Positions 56,265 to 64,000 of a stretch of DNA of 64,000 nt are shown here, piece after piece (the stretch's first letter is position 1; every line of letters begins with the position of its first letter). This DNA comes from a virus (taxonomy: Duplodnaviria; Caudoviricetes), in the IMG/VR virus record IMGVR_UViG_3300027983_002389; one strand, written 5' to 3'. The notes under the pieces are model-generated. The model was not told the origin of the DNA and did not search any database. It worked only from the letters and a program-made list of their open reading frames with translations. The translations under genes and the position numbers were made by a program.

Positions 56265-56774
56265 ATGAACACTCAGTATTTTTTCATCCACATTGTTCTT
56301 CTTGTGATTTTGACGGTTGCCGCCCTTGTTGGTTCGGTGATTTTCGGAATCTCTTATTTTGGCGACACTGATCGAGCAAAACAGAAGAAACCAAAATGGG
56401 CGATCATATCGCTAGTTTGTGGTCTTTTGTTTTTTGGTGGGTTGGCATGGTTTATTGCATCGAGTAATGAGCCGTGGCGTCACGAATACACATCCTTGCA
56501 TGACGTGAAAGACGTAACATTCCCCGATGGATCAAAAGTTCAGATGTTTACTTGTGATAACACACACCACAATGTAACATCTATGTTCGGCAAAGTGGTT
56601 GACGAGAAGGAATGGCAAATGCGCCGAGTACGATGGAGTCCTTTGTATCTCGGAATAAGTTGGTCAACCTGTCAGCGTTGCACTCAAGGAGATTGCTTTT
56701 TTCTTGAACATAAAAAAGGCGAACAGCCCTCTATTGAGTTGACGCCAGAAAAAGAGGCTGAAAATCCTAAATAG
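56265..56774 (+). CDS. hypothetical membrane protein
   Basis: two TM segments. Confidence 0.7.
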   Translation: MNTQYFFIHIVLLVILTVAALVGSVIFGISYFGDTDRAKQKKPKWAIISLVCGLLFFGGLAWFIASSNEPWRHEYTSLHDVKDVTFPDGSKVQMFTCDNTHHNVTSMFGKVVDEKEWQMRRVRWSPLYLGISWSTCQRCTQGDCFFLEHKKGEQPSIELTPEKEAENPK

Positions 56775-56781
56775 TTTGTAA

Positions 56782-56854
56782 GCGGAATGCGCATAATGGC
56801 TGTTGCCCCTGATTTCCAATCAGGTCTGAATGGGTTCGATTCCCATATTCCGCA
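56782..56854 (+). tRNA. tRNA-Gly(TCC)
   Basis: CCTGA-TTTCCAA-TCAGG. Confidence 0.8.
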
Positions 56855-56864
56855 TTGAACCCTT

Positions 56865-56936
56865 GCGGGTGTAACTCAGTGGTAGAGTTCCTGCCTTCCA
56901 AGCAGGTAGTCGTGGGTTCGAGTCCCATCGCCCGCT
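56865..56936 (+). tRNA. tRNA-Gly(TCC)
   Basis: canonical cloverleaf. Confidence 0.92.
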
Positions 56937-56953
56937 CTCTCGAAAGTATATCC

Positions 56954-57322
56954 ATGAAAACTGAAGACCAAATCGTAGCAGAATTCCCCGACTATTTTCC
57001 TGATTTCCGTGGCGACCCAGGCAAGACGTGTCTTGCCTGGGGTATCGCCATTGGCGAAGGTTGGATGGAGTTATTCCATCAATTGTGTCGTGACATAAAA
57101 GCGGCGTTTCCAGAGAAATTTCAGTTCGAGCAAATCAAAGAAAAGTTTGGCGGCTTGCGGGTCTATTATGTGGGTGGCAATGAAGCCATTCATAATCTCG
57201 TATCGAAGGCTGAGAGGGATTCCTATGGTGTCTGTGAGGGCTGCGGCTCGAAAGAAGATGTCACATCAGATGGTGCTTGGATAACGACTCGTTGTGCAAA
57301 GTGCCGATCACCAAAGGTTTAA
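56954..57322 (+). CDS. conserved phage hypothetical protein
   Basis: GEGW, QIKEKFGGLR.Y, CEGCG...C..C. Confidence 0.75.
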   Translation: MKTEDQIVAEFPDYFPDFRGDPGKTCLAWGIAIGEGWMELFHQLCRDIKAAFPEKFQFEQIKEKFGGLRVYYVGGNEAIHNLVSKAERDSYGVCEGCGSKEDVTSDGAWITTRCAKCRSPKV

Positions 57323-57329
57323 GGCTATC

Positions 57330-57728
57330 ATGCTGACTATCGATTCAATTCGTCAAAGGCTGACGGCCTTTTCTCTTTATAGTCCAGAACAAGTCGTGTA
57401 TTGCAAAGAGGGTGATGGTAACATCTATCTCAATTGGCAGACCGGCTCAATGTCGCCAAGAAATCGTGGGACATACTTTGATACGCAGGTGACGAACGGG
57501 ATGTTCTACTTGCTCCATATTGAGATCAATCAAGAATATCGTGGTCAAGGATTGGGGTTTCAACTGTATAACATCATTGAGGAAATTGCCAAAGACTCAG
57601 GAAGTCATACAATTGAGATGACTCCTTCCGGCTGGACAACGACTAGGGAATCTAGGATGGCTTATGTTTGTCGTAAGCTGCACTATCGTCCCCAAGGTAT
57701 TGTCGCCGTTAAGAAATTGCGAGACTAA
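57330..57728 (+). CDS. GNAT-family acetyltransferase
   Basis: EYRGQGLG acetyl-CoA motif. Confidence 0.75.
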   Translation: MLTIDSIRQRLTAFSLYSPEQVVYCKEGDGNIYLNWQTGSMSPRNRGTYFDTQVTNGMFYLLHIEINQEYRGQGLGFQLYNIIEEIAKDSGSHTIEMTPSGWTTTRESRMAYVCRKLHYRPQGIVAVKKLRD

Positions 57729-57747
57729 ACCCTCCATGCCTCGTAAT

Positions 57748-57807
57748 GCCGACCATACATAAGCCGACCATACATAAGCCGACCATACATAAGCCGACCA
57801 TACATAA
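57748..57807 (+). repeat. 15-nt tandem repeat x4
   Basis: GCCGACCATACATAA x4, running into the clpS RBS. Confidence 0.9.
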
Positions 57808-57820
57808 GGAGCGATTCAAC

Positions 57821-58147
57821 ATGAGTGAAACCATTGCACCCCCGGAGCCGAAAGTCGATAAAGATAAAAAGACGAAGCGTCAGCCGCCATATAACGTCAT
57901 TTTGATGAATGACGAATTTCACACAGTTGAATATGTCGTGGCACTATGCCAGAAGATATTTGGTTTTCCTGCGGAGAAAGGTCTACAGAAAGCCAAAGAA
58001 GTCCACAAACAGGGTCGTTCCATTTTGTGGACTGGTGCTTTTGAGTTGGCCGAGTTGAAGCAAGAACAAATACATTCTGTCGGAAAAGACCCGCAAGTAA
58101 AGAACTGCAAAGGCAGTATGACTGCGGTATTGGAACCGGCAGCGTAA
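57821..58147 (+). CDS. clpS: ClpS N-degron adaptor
   Basis: PPYNVILMNDEFHTVEYV, EVHKQGR, E.AELK. Confidence 0.9.
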   Translation: MSETIAPPEPKVDKDKKTKRQPPYNVILMNDEFHTVEYVVALCQKIFGFPAEKGLQKAKEVHKQGRSILWTGAFELAELKQEQIHSVGKDPQVKNCKGSMTAVLEPAA

Positions 58148-58158
58148 GGAGAACAACA

Positions 58159-58614
58159 ATGCGAGGAATTTTGGTTTCGTTGGTTGTCGTGGCTGGTTTT
58201 ATAATCGTGATCGCTTTGGTGCATCAGAAGCCTAGCGAGCCACAGCAAATTGCCATTATTTCAACAGAGTCCCCTGTTCCCGTCACGGTTGAGCCAAAAG
58301 AGTTAGAAGCTCCTTCGGCAACCATGAAAGCGCCGGAGCCAATCTTGATTACATCTTATAAAGATGTTAATCGAATTCCAGATGCCGGTCTTCGCACTTT
58401 TGTCCGTAGTAAAGCAGATTTCCGACGTGATAATGTTCTCTTCTTTGAGTGGAAGGGAGTTCCTGGCGATAAGATGACAGGCGAGATAAAAGACAAAAAA
58501 TATACAATCACATTGCATCCATCTCGAACTGCGTCGTTTGGACAAGAAGTTGTTCATCGTCAAATATTTGTCATTCCTGCTGCATATGCTTATGTTTGCG
58601 AAGTCGCCAAGTGA
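58159..58614 (+). CDS. hypothetical membrane-anchored protein
   Basis: AAGGAG RBS, N-terminal TM. Confidence 0.65.
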   Translation: MRGILVSLVVVAGFIIVIALVHQKPSEPQQIAIISTESPVPVTVEPKELEAPSATMKAPEPILITSYKDVNRIPDAGLRTFVRSKADFRRDNVLFFEWKGVPGDKMTGEIKDKKYTITLHPSRTASFGQEVVHRQIFVIPAAYAYVCEVAK

Positions 58615-58626
58615 TATACTGTAATC

Positions 58627-58860
58627 ATGAATCTTTGGCTCAAACTTGCCGTTGCACGAAGGATTGCAGCGGAACTGCAAATCAAGTATTGTGGTGCGTC
58701 GTACGGTGACGACTCTGATCCTATCGAAGATGAAATGATTGAACATCTTTGGACACATCCAGACTTCGATGACGATATGTGGCTCAACGTCCATTGGGAT
58801 GATTTTGAATGCGTCTGTTGGGTTCAAATTGGAGTCGGTCTTGAACTCGTTCCGAGGTAA
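58627..58860 (+). CDS. hypothetical protein
   Basis: short ORF. Confidence 0.5.
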   Translation: MNLWLKLAVARRIAAELQIKYCGASYGDDSDPIEDEMIEHLWTHPDFDDDMWLNVHWDDFECVCWVQIGVGLELVPR

Positions 58861-58890
58861 TGATGCCAAGAATCAGTAAGATCATCTGGA

Positions 58891-59142
58891 TTGAAGATGA
58901 TGACGGTACAATGTCATTGGATAGAATTCCTGGGGTTACACAACAGGATATATTTCAGGCTTCCAATTGTCATCACAGATAAGGGACGCATTTTGAAGAA
59001 TCGCTCCGGCCCGGATTCAAAAGTCATTCCATCTTTCGATCTTGTGAAGCAAGACATGCCTGTGAAAAATAAACTAAAGTCCACGTCTAAATCCAAATAT
59101 AGGTCGATATTTGACCCAATGGACGTGCAGGCCGAACTATGA
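58891..59142 (+). CDS. hypothetical protein
   Basis: short ORF ending KYRSIFDP...; coupled to next gene. Confidence 0.5.
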   Translation: MKMMTVQCHWIEFLGLHNRIYFRLPIVITDKGRILKNRSGPDSKVIPSFDLVKQDMPVKNKLKSTSKSKYRSIFDPMDVQAEL

Positions 59143-59390
59143 GCGAATCAATTTGGTTAGAGGCGGCGGTCAAATTTCTAAAAATATCCTGGGAAGACGT
59201 GCAAGACGGAGACGTGGTGTATTACCGAATTATCCGTCGCCACCATGATAATAATGCCCACGGTCCATTTATCGTGGTCGATAAAACCCGTGGCAGATTA
59301 CGAAATGGCAGTGGGTTTGAACTGAATTTCAATTCTGCTAATTTAGAGTTATTGAAGTTCGATCTCGTGTCCATATTGATGGGCGATTAG
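59139..59390 (+). CDS. hypothetical protein
   Basis: ORF whose stop lies in tRNA-Val. Confidence 0.5.
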   Translation: MSESIWLEAAVKFLKISWEDVQDGDVVYYRIIRRHHDNNAHGPFIVVDKTRGRLRNGSGFELNFNSANLELLKFDLVSILMGD

Positions 59391-59454
59391 CTCAGTTGGT
59401 TAGAGCATCTGCTTTACACGCAGAGGGTCGGGGGTTCGAGTCCCTCATCGCCTA
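59381..59454 (+). tRNA. tRNA-Val(TAC)
   Basis: canonical cloverleaf. Confidence 0.92.
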
Positions 59455-59498
59455 CTCGAATTTACAAGCCGTCGCTTTTATGGTATAGTTCCACCACT

Positions 59499-59960
59499 AT
59501 GGCACAGAAACTTTTTATTCCGAATCTCGGAACGCTGATGATTTTGGCTGAGGATTGGACGTTCAAGCTCTTTTTTGAGAGCAGAAACGACACTATGATT
59601 CAGGCTTTTGGCGGCAAAAAGGGCAAATGGTGGTGGGAAGACGATCTCAACCCCGATGATTTCGTGGACGGTATAGTTCCACCCATCGAATATGAGAAGG
59701 CCATGTCCGAGGAACAGTTGGATAATTCCTATAAATCCTTCCGGGCAACCAACGCCAAAGACAAGCCATATATTCGAGTCACTCTGCCCAAAGGCACCCA
59801 ACTCAAGATCGACCGAATCTACGTTCGCCGAGGCAGTGAATCGTTCAGTTCTGTGACATTTCGTACAACCAAAATTTGCCCTGAAAAGAAATTCGCAAGT
59901 AAGCGTTTTTGGGCAAAACTTCGGGAAGCCAATGAAATTGTTGCCGACGTTATTGGGTAG
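59499..59960 (+). CDS. conserved phage hypothetical protein
   Basis: ORF after TTTACA-N17-TATAGT promoter at 59461. Confidence 0.7.
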   Translation: MAQKLFIPNLGTLMILAEDWTFKLFFESRNDTMIQAFGGKKGKWWWEDDLNPDDFVDGIVPPIEYEKAMSEEQLDNSYKSFRATNAKDKPYIRVTLPKGTQLKIDRIYVRRGSESFSSVTFRTTKICPEKKFASKRFWAKLREANEIVADVIG

Positions 59961-60076
59961 TTCGCCCTGTAACATGCAACACACTCAAGTTTGGAGATCA
60001 CCGCAAAAAATCGACTGTAAAAACTAACTTTTTCGTGGTAAGATAGGTGAAGATATGTCAAAAGATAGGTGAAGAT

Positions 60077-60328
60077 ATGTCAAAACAGCTCAAAGGTCCG
60101 AACCTCGAAGGTTTCTCTGTGGGATCGTGGTGTCCGACGCCGGACGGCACAGGAAAACCAACCGCAGTTGCCATCACTTTGCAGGTTCAAGGCTTAGGGG
60201 ATTTGGTGATGAAACTAAAATCTCCAGAACGTGTTGATGAAATTGTGCGATTACTCCTACAATATAAGCAGGAGGTTTGGCCGAAACCGACTACAGATGG
60301 TCAGCATCGGCACGCAAACCTCAACTGA
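60077..60328 (+). CDS. hypothetical protein
   Basis: ORF; RBS/start region duplicated in tandem. Confidence 0.55.
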   Translation: MSKQLKGPNLEGFSVGSWCPTPDGTGKPTAVAITLQVQGLGDLVMKLKSPERVDEIVRLLLQYKQEVWPKPTTDGQHRHANLN

Positions 60329-60331
60329 TAT

Positions 60332-60402
60332 TGCCCGATGGTGTAATGGTAGCACGACTGACTCTGACTCAGTTGGTCCAAGTTCGAGTCTTGGTTGGGC
60401 AA
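60332..60402 (+). tRNA. tRNA-Gln(CTG)
   Basis: ACTGA-CTCTGAC-TCAGT. Confidence 0.88.
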
Positions 60403-60906
60403 CTAAATATGGCAAGATCATCATGCAAAGACCAAAGCATCACTCAAAAGAATGATGCAAGCAGCATTGGAAACAAGCATTGGAAACAAGCGTCGGAAGG
60501 CTCGTAAGGCCAAGACAAATTCCAATAAACGTGACCGACAATTTCTTCAGAAAGACTTAAAGGAACAGATCATGGAATTGTGTTAACTTAAATGAAGCCC
60601 GGTCCTCGATGGACAAGGCTGTTGACTTTTTCCGTGACCAGCTAAGAGGCATTATGTACGGAGAAATTTCTCTATGAGCAGCGTTTGCCCTCAAGCAGAT
60701 CTTATTGACTTCAAGGTGTCTTGTTTATGACTCATCCGAATATGATCCCGGTCAGTTGCTCCAATGTAGCCGAAATGCGTATGTTGGCGAAACAGATGCG
60801 GGTTTTATGTCTTTCGGACCCTGATAAGGTTGAGGGATATGAGGCATCGTCTACCAAAGTAGAAGCTGATGGTGTTGCCGACGAGGCGAATGTCTTTGGT
60901 TTCACC

Positions 60907-61008
60907 TGACAAGCGATCTGCTGCGTTGCGGGAAGATATTGTAGCGAGTGGACATTTTGACAAGCGATCTGCTGCGTTGCGGGAAGATATTGTAGCGAGT
61001 GGACATTT
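60907..61008 (+). repeat. 51-nt tandem duplication inside a coding region
   Basis: TGACAAGCGATCTGCTGCG...GGACATTT x2. Confidence 0.9.
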
Positions 61009-61251
61009 GCGATTCATTCACTATTCACCAGACGGTCGTATCGTGAATGTTGTGTATACTTTGCTGGAGCCACCAGAGAGTGCAAAGGAATGGAACCTAT
61101 CCATGAGCCATGCCACTCTCGCCGGGCCGAGGCGTGTTGAAGATGATCTTGCCAAAATGATTTGCGAAGCGTTTTTGGATGACCTCTATCAAGAGGTTGA
61201 CCCTAAAGCGTATTGGAAAAACGTGAGACATTTTGTCAAAGCTGTGTGAAC

Positions 61252-61548
61252 ATGATGGTTGGTTTTGGTTTGCGTCAATATTATTACGTTGACTGCTAAA
61301 CCAGGGGAGATAACCGGAGATTGACTCTATCGTACAAGTAGTACGCCTAGCGATGGCATCAAAGGGAGATCCTTGGTAAATCCGTCAGGCCACCAGTTCA
61401 CTGAGTTCTGCGGGCTAGTCCGAGGTGAGAAGGTTGAAGGGGAAAATATCCTGTACGCAAATCAACAACGCCTACGAGTTAAGACCGGAACCGATAGTCT
61501 AGCAGTCCTTTGGTAGTGGGTTTAATTCCCACGGGGACCAACCATCGT
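61252..61548 (+). ncRNA. about 300-nt RNA with tRNA-like 3' end
   Basis: ATGATGGTTGGT/ACCAACCATCGT terminal helix, GACTGCTA/TAGCAGTC, GTGGG-TTTAATT-CCCAC. Confidence 0.55.
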
Positions 61549-62186
61549 GCTTTTAGAAAGTTGTGGCAAAACAGAAGGCTAAATGACCAATATCTACAAA
61601 CCTATCCGAGACGGTCCAACAGGCAGTCAAATCCTTGATTGGAACTACTTAGAGAACCTAATGCCACTAAAGCGAATTATTCGCAGATGTTGGATGCCCT
61701 CTGGCCACCGGCTTGCCGAGATCAGAGACATGGTTTGAGTGGGTCTTGGCACTGGCAGGCTGTCATAAGTGGGGATTTTGTCATAGAATAGCCGAACTAA
61801 GGTTTGCTCAAAGGGAGTGGACACGAATAAGGCAAATAAAGACAGAATGGGACCACAGATTATCTGCTACATTTACCCCGTCCGTTGGATTGCGGCGTCG
61901 AGTTTCCTAAACTTGATAAATTGGTTCGATTCCAATACGGGGTACTAAGGAAGCCCATGAAATATTGCACCTACATTCGACTCCAAGGAATCTTGGGCTG
62001 GTTTATCGGCTGGTTTTTGGTTGGCATATCTGATGAAGAACGAACTTCTGGATATGTGACTGATTTCGCCCAATTTGGCATCAAAATATTGCTCCTTGAA
62101 ATGGAGCCGCCACTAACTCAGAAATTTCACTTCATCCCCAAGGGGGCGAAGGTTGTAGGCTCAGGAACAATGGCGATATACAAAAC

Positions 62187-62600
62187 ATGAGGCTTTGGTC
62201 TATACATCCGTCGCTTTTAGATCAAAAAGGCTTAGTTGCTCTTTGGCGGGAGTCTTTGCTGGCTCAGAAAGTTTTGTCGGGGCAAACCAAAGGTTATAGG
62301 CAGCATCCACAACTGAACAGATTCAAGGCTTTTGAATTTCCTTTGGCGGCGATCTCAACATATTTGTGGGATGTTCAAGAAGAAGCGACTGAGCGAGGCT
62401 ATTCGTTCGATTCAACTAAAATTGTTGAACAAAGAAGTCCAGTTTCTTTGTTCGTGACTCAAGGTCAGATTGACTTTGAAGTTGAACACTTAAAGAAAAA
62501 GTTGATTCATCGTGATCCAAAATGGAAAATAACTGAAATCAAACCACATCCTATTTTTTGCATTATTGATGGGTTTATGGAATCCTGGGAAAAAACATGA
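62187..62600 (+). CDS. pyrimidine dimer DNA glycosylase / endonuclease V family
   Basis: MRLWSIHP..LD.KGLVALWRE.LLAQ, GY.HPQL.RF. Confidence 0.88.
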   Translation: MRLWSIHPSLLDQKGLVALWRESLLAQKVLSGQTKGYRQHPQLNRFKAFEFPLAAISTYLWDVQEEATERGYSFDSTKIVEQRSPVSLFVTQGQIDFEVEHLKKKLIHRDPKWKITEIKPHPIFCIIDGFMESWEKT

Positions 62601-62788
62601 ATAAATTGTCTTTTTTTGTCTTGTTGATTTTGGTTGGGTGTGTACACAAACCAACTAAGGTGACGAATCCGACGCCGGGCGGCACAATTGTTGTTGATGA
62701 AGAAGGAAACGAATCAGAGTTCCCTCCTCCTCTGACCGAAGCAGAGTTCAAAAAATTCCAAGACGACCTCAGAAAGAAACAACCGTGA
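62597..62788 (+). CDS. small lipoprotein
   Basis: lipobox LVGC. Confidence 0.6.
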   Translation: MNKLSFFVLLILVGCVHKPTKVTNPTPGGTIVVDEEGNESEFPPPLTEAEFKKFQDDLRKKQP

Positions 62789-62997
62789 AACAATATGTGA
62801 TTTACGAAAAACCCAAGGACTATCCAACCAAGTTCTTGGTGCGGGAATGGATCATTGGTCCTGGAACGGTACAAGCAGGACCAATGATCTGTGCCGCTGA
62901 TACAATTGAGGAAGCACGAGCCAGCCTACCCGAAGGCGTCGATCAGTTTCCTGTGTTTGAAAACGACGATCCGGTGATCGCCGAAGTTTGGATGTAG
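62785..62997 (+). CDS. hypothetical protein
   Basis: ORF, coupled start. Confidence 0.6.
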   Translation: MKQYVIYEKPKDYPTKFLVREWIIGPGTVQAGPMICAADTIEEARASLPEGVDQFPVFENDDPVIAEVWM

Positions 62998-62999
62998 AT

Positions 63000-63071
63000 G
63001 GGCTGTTAGTTTAACGGAAAAAACAGTGGCCTTCTAAGCCACCAATGGGGGTTCGATTCCCTCACGGCCTA
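63000..63071 (+). tRNA. tRNA-Arg(TCT)
   Basis: GTGGC-CTTCTAA-GCCAC. Confidence 0.88.
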
Positions 63072-63243
63072 CTAAGTAGTTTTGGATGAAAATGCGATCT
63101 TCATCTGACATAAGATTATGGTCAAATTCCCAATGATGGTTTTTGCACATGGCAATCAAATTGTTGATGTGATTGATTTCACAAATCAAGGGATCTTTTG
63201 AAAACGAAGAGATGTCTTTAAGGGAAAAGAAAGAAAGTCAATC

Positions 63244-63618
63244 ATGCCGCACGAAGGAAAGCCTACATGGAATGGAGAATACGTCAATTTTGGAGACATA
63301 GTGGGCAAGTTGTTTCCGGTATTGGGAGCCGAGCCATTTGTTATTGCCATAGAAGGCAGTGAAGATATGTTCTTCATGCTTTTCTCTGACGAGGAGAAGC
63401 TGCGAGACACCAGCACGAAATTTCTCAAGAAGTTGGGCGCACCAGAGAACCTTTTGAGCGTGGGACGTGTCACAAGTGAAGAGTTCGTTCAGTCCATGAT
63501 TGGCATGGGCATTCGACTCATGTGTGATCCGGTCGTAATTGACAACCACCACACCAAATGGGCAGAAATTGTTCGACAAGGCGACATTTACAAATACGTC
63601 GATGCCCAAAACAACTGA
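63244..63618 (+). CDS. hypothetical protein
   Basis: 124-aa ORF. Confidence 0.6.
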   Translation: MPHEGKPTWNGEYVNFGDIVGKLFPVLGAEPFVIAIEGSEDMFFMLFSDEEKLRDTSTKFLKKLGAPENLLSVGRVTSEEFVQSMIGMGIRLMCDPVVIDNHHTKWAEIVRQGDIYKYVDAQNN

Positions 63619-63742
63619 AGTGGATGAACAATTGCAAATTTCCAAAGCGTATTTGGAAAGTATTGAATCTGGCAGAAGGATTCAAAGCCGAGGGGTGGAC
63701 AATTATTTGCGGTTGTTCTTTGCTAAGGAAATTCAATTTTTT

Positions 63743-63844
63743 GATCGGATAACTCAGCGGCAGAGTCCACAGTGCGTTCGGGTGGTTTTATAGTTGCCAT
63801 TGCGAATAGCTGTGAGGTCACAGGTTCGAGTCCTGTTCCGATCA
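63743..63844 (+). ncRNA. tRNA-like RNA with extended anticodon arm
   Basis: GATCGGA/TCCGATC, ACTC/GAGT, CACAG/CTGTG closing a roughly 37-nt insert, ACAGG-TTCGAGT-CCTGT. Confidence 0.75.
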
Positions 63845-64000
63845 TTTGGTTCCATACATACCAATATGGACGAGTTCAAGGATTTAGTTTATGTCAATGA
63901 AGAAGAAATCGACGGACAAGCCGGATGGTTGTGGCCCAAGGCCGATCTTTATGGTTGGCGGGGTATCTTTGCTAATTGGCGGGCAGAGCATAGGTGGGCT

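Noticed and set aside
57746-57820. PTIHK-repeat N-terminal extension of ClpS
   Set aside because: TAAGGAG lies just before ATG 57821, so the repeat is most likely untranslated leader.
1-64000. Alternative genetic code (stop-codon reassignment)
   Set aside because: Recognisable genes are full length in code 11 and end with TAA, TAG or TGA; no suppressor anticodon identified.

Overview
The window looks like part of a very large (jumbo/huge) bacteriophage genome. Genes are dense and almost all on the + strand. It carries PhoH, dUTPase, NAD-dependent ligase, a gp32-like SSB, RNase H, two sigma factors, five free-standing homing-endonuclease-type genes, and glycosyl- and methyltransferases. About 40 tRNA genes, mostly without CCA, lie from 38 kb to the end. 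Several genes (ClpS type, DUF2934-like motif, SpoVR fragment, Tyr/Pro-rich exported peptide) hint at a Planctomycetota host; this is inference. Four things stand out. (1) A complete ubiquitin-like conjugation locus: three E2-family-D paralogues, JAB peptidase, ThiF/E1 and a Ubl ending GVKG-IK (25.2-31.9 kb). (2) About a dozen tRNA-shaped RNAs with the anticodon loop replaced by a GNRA tetraloop or a large structured insert (cluster at 35.46-36.6 kb plus dispersed copies). (3) A leader-peptide attenuator directly upstream of the main tRNA array. (4) A minimal tryptophanyl-tRNA synthetase whose only ATG start needs a prfB-like +1 frameshift at CUU-UGG, i.e. at a Trp codon. Items 2-4 suggest a phage module that senses and compensates for tRNA depletion. 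All family assignments come from motifs recognised by eye, and RNA folds were paired by hand; no searches were run.
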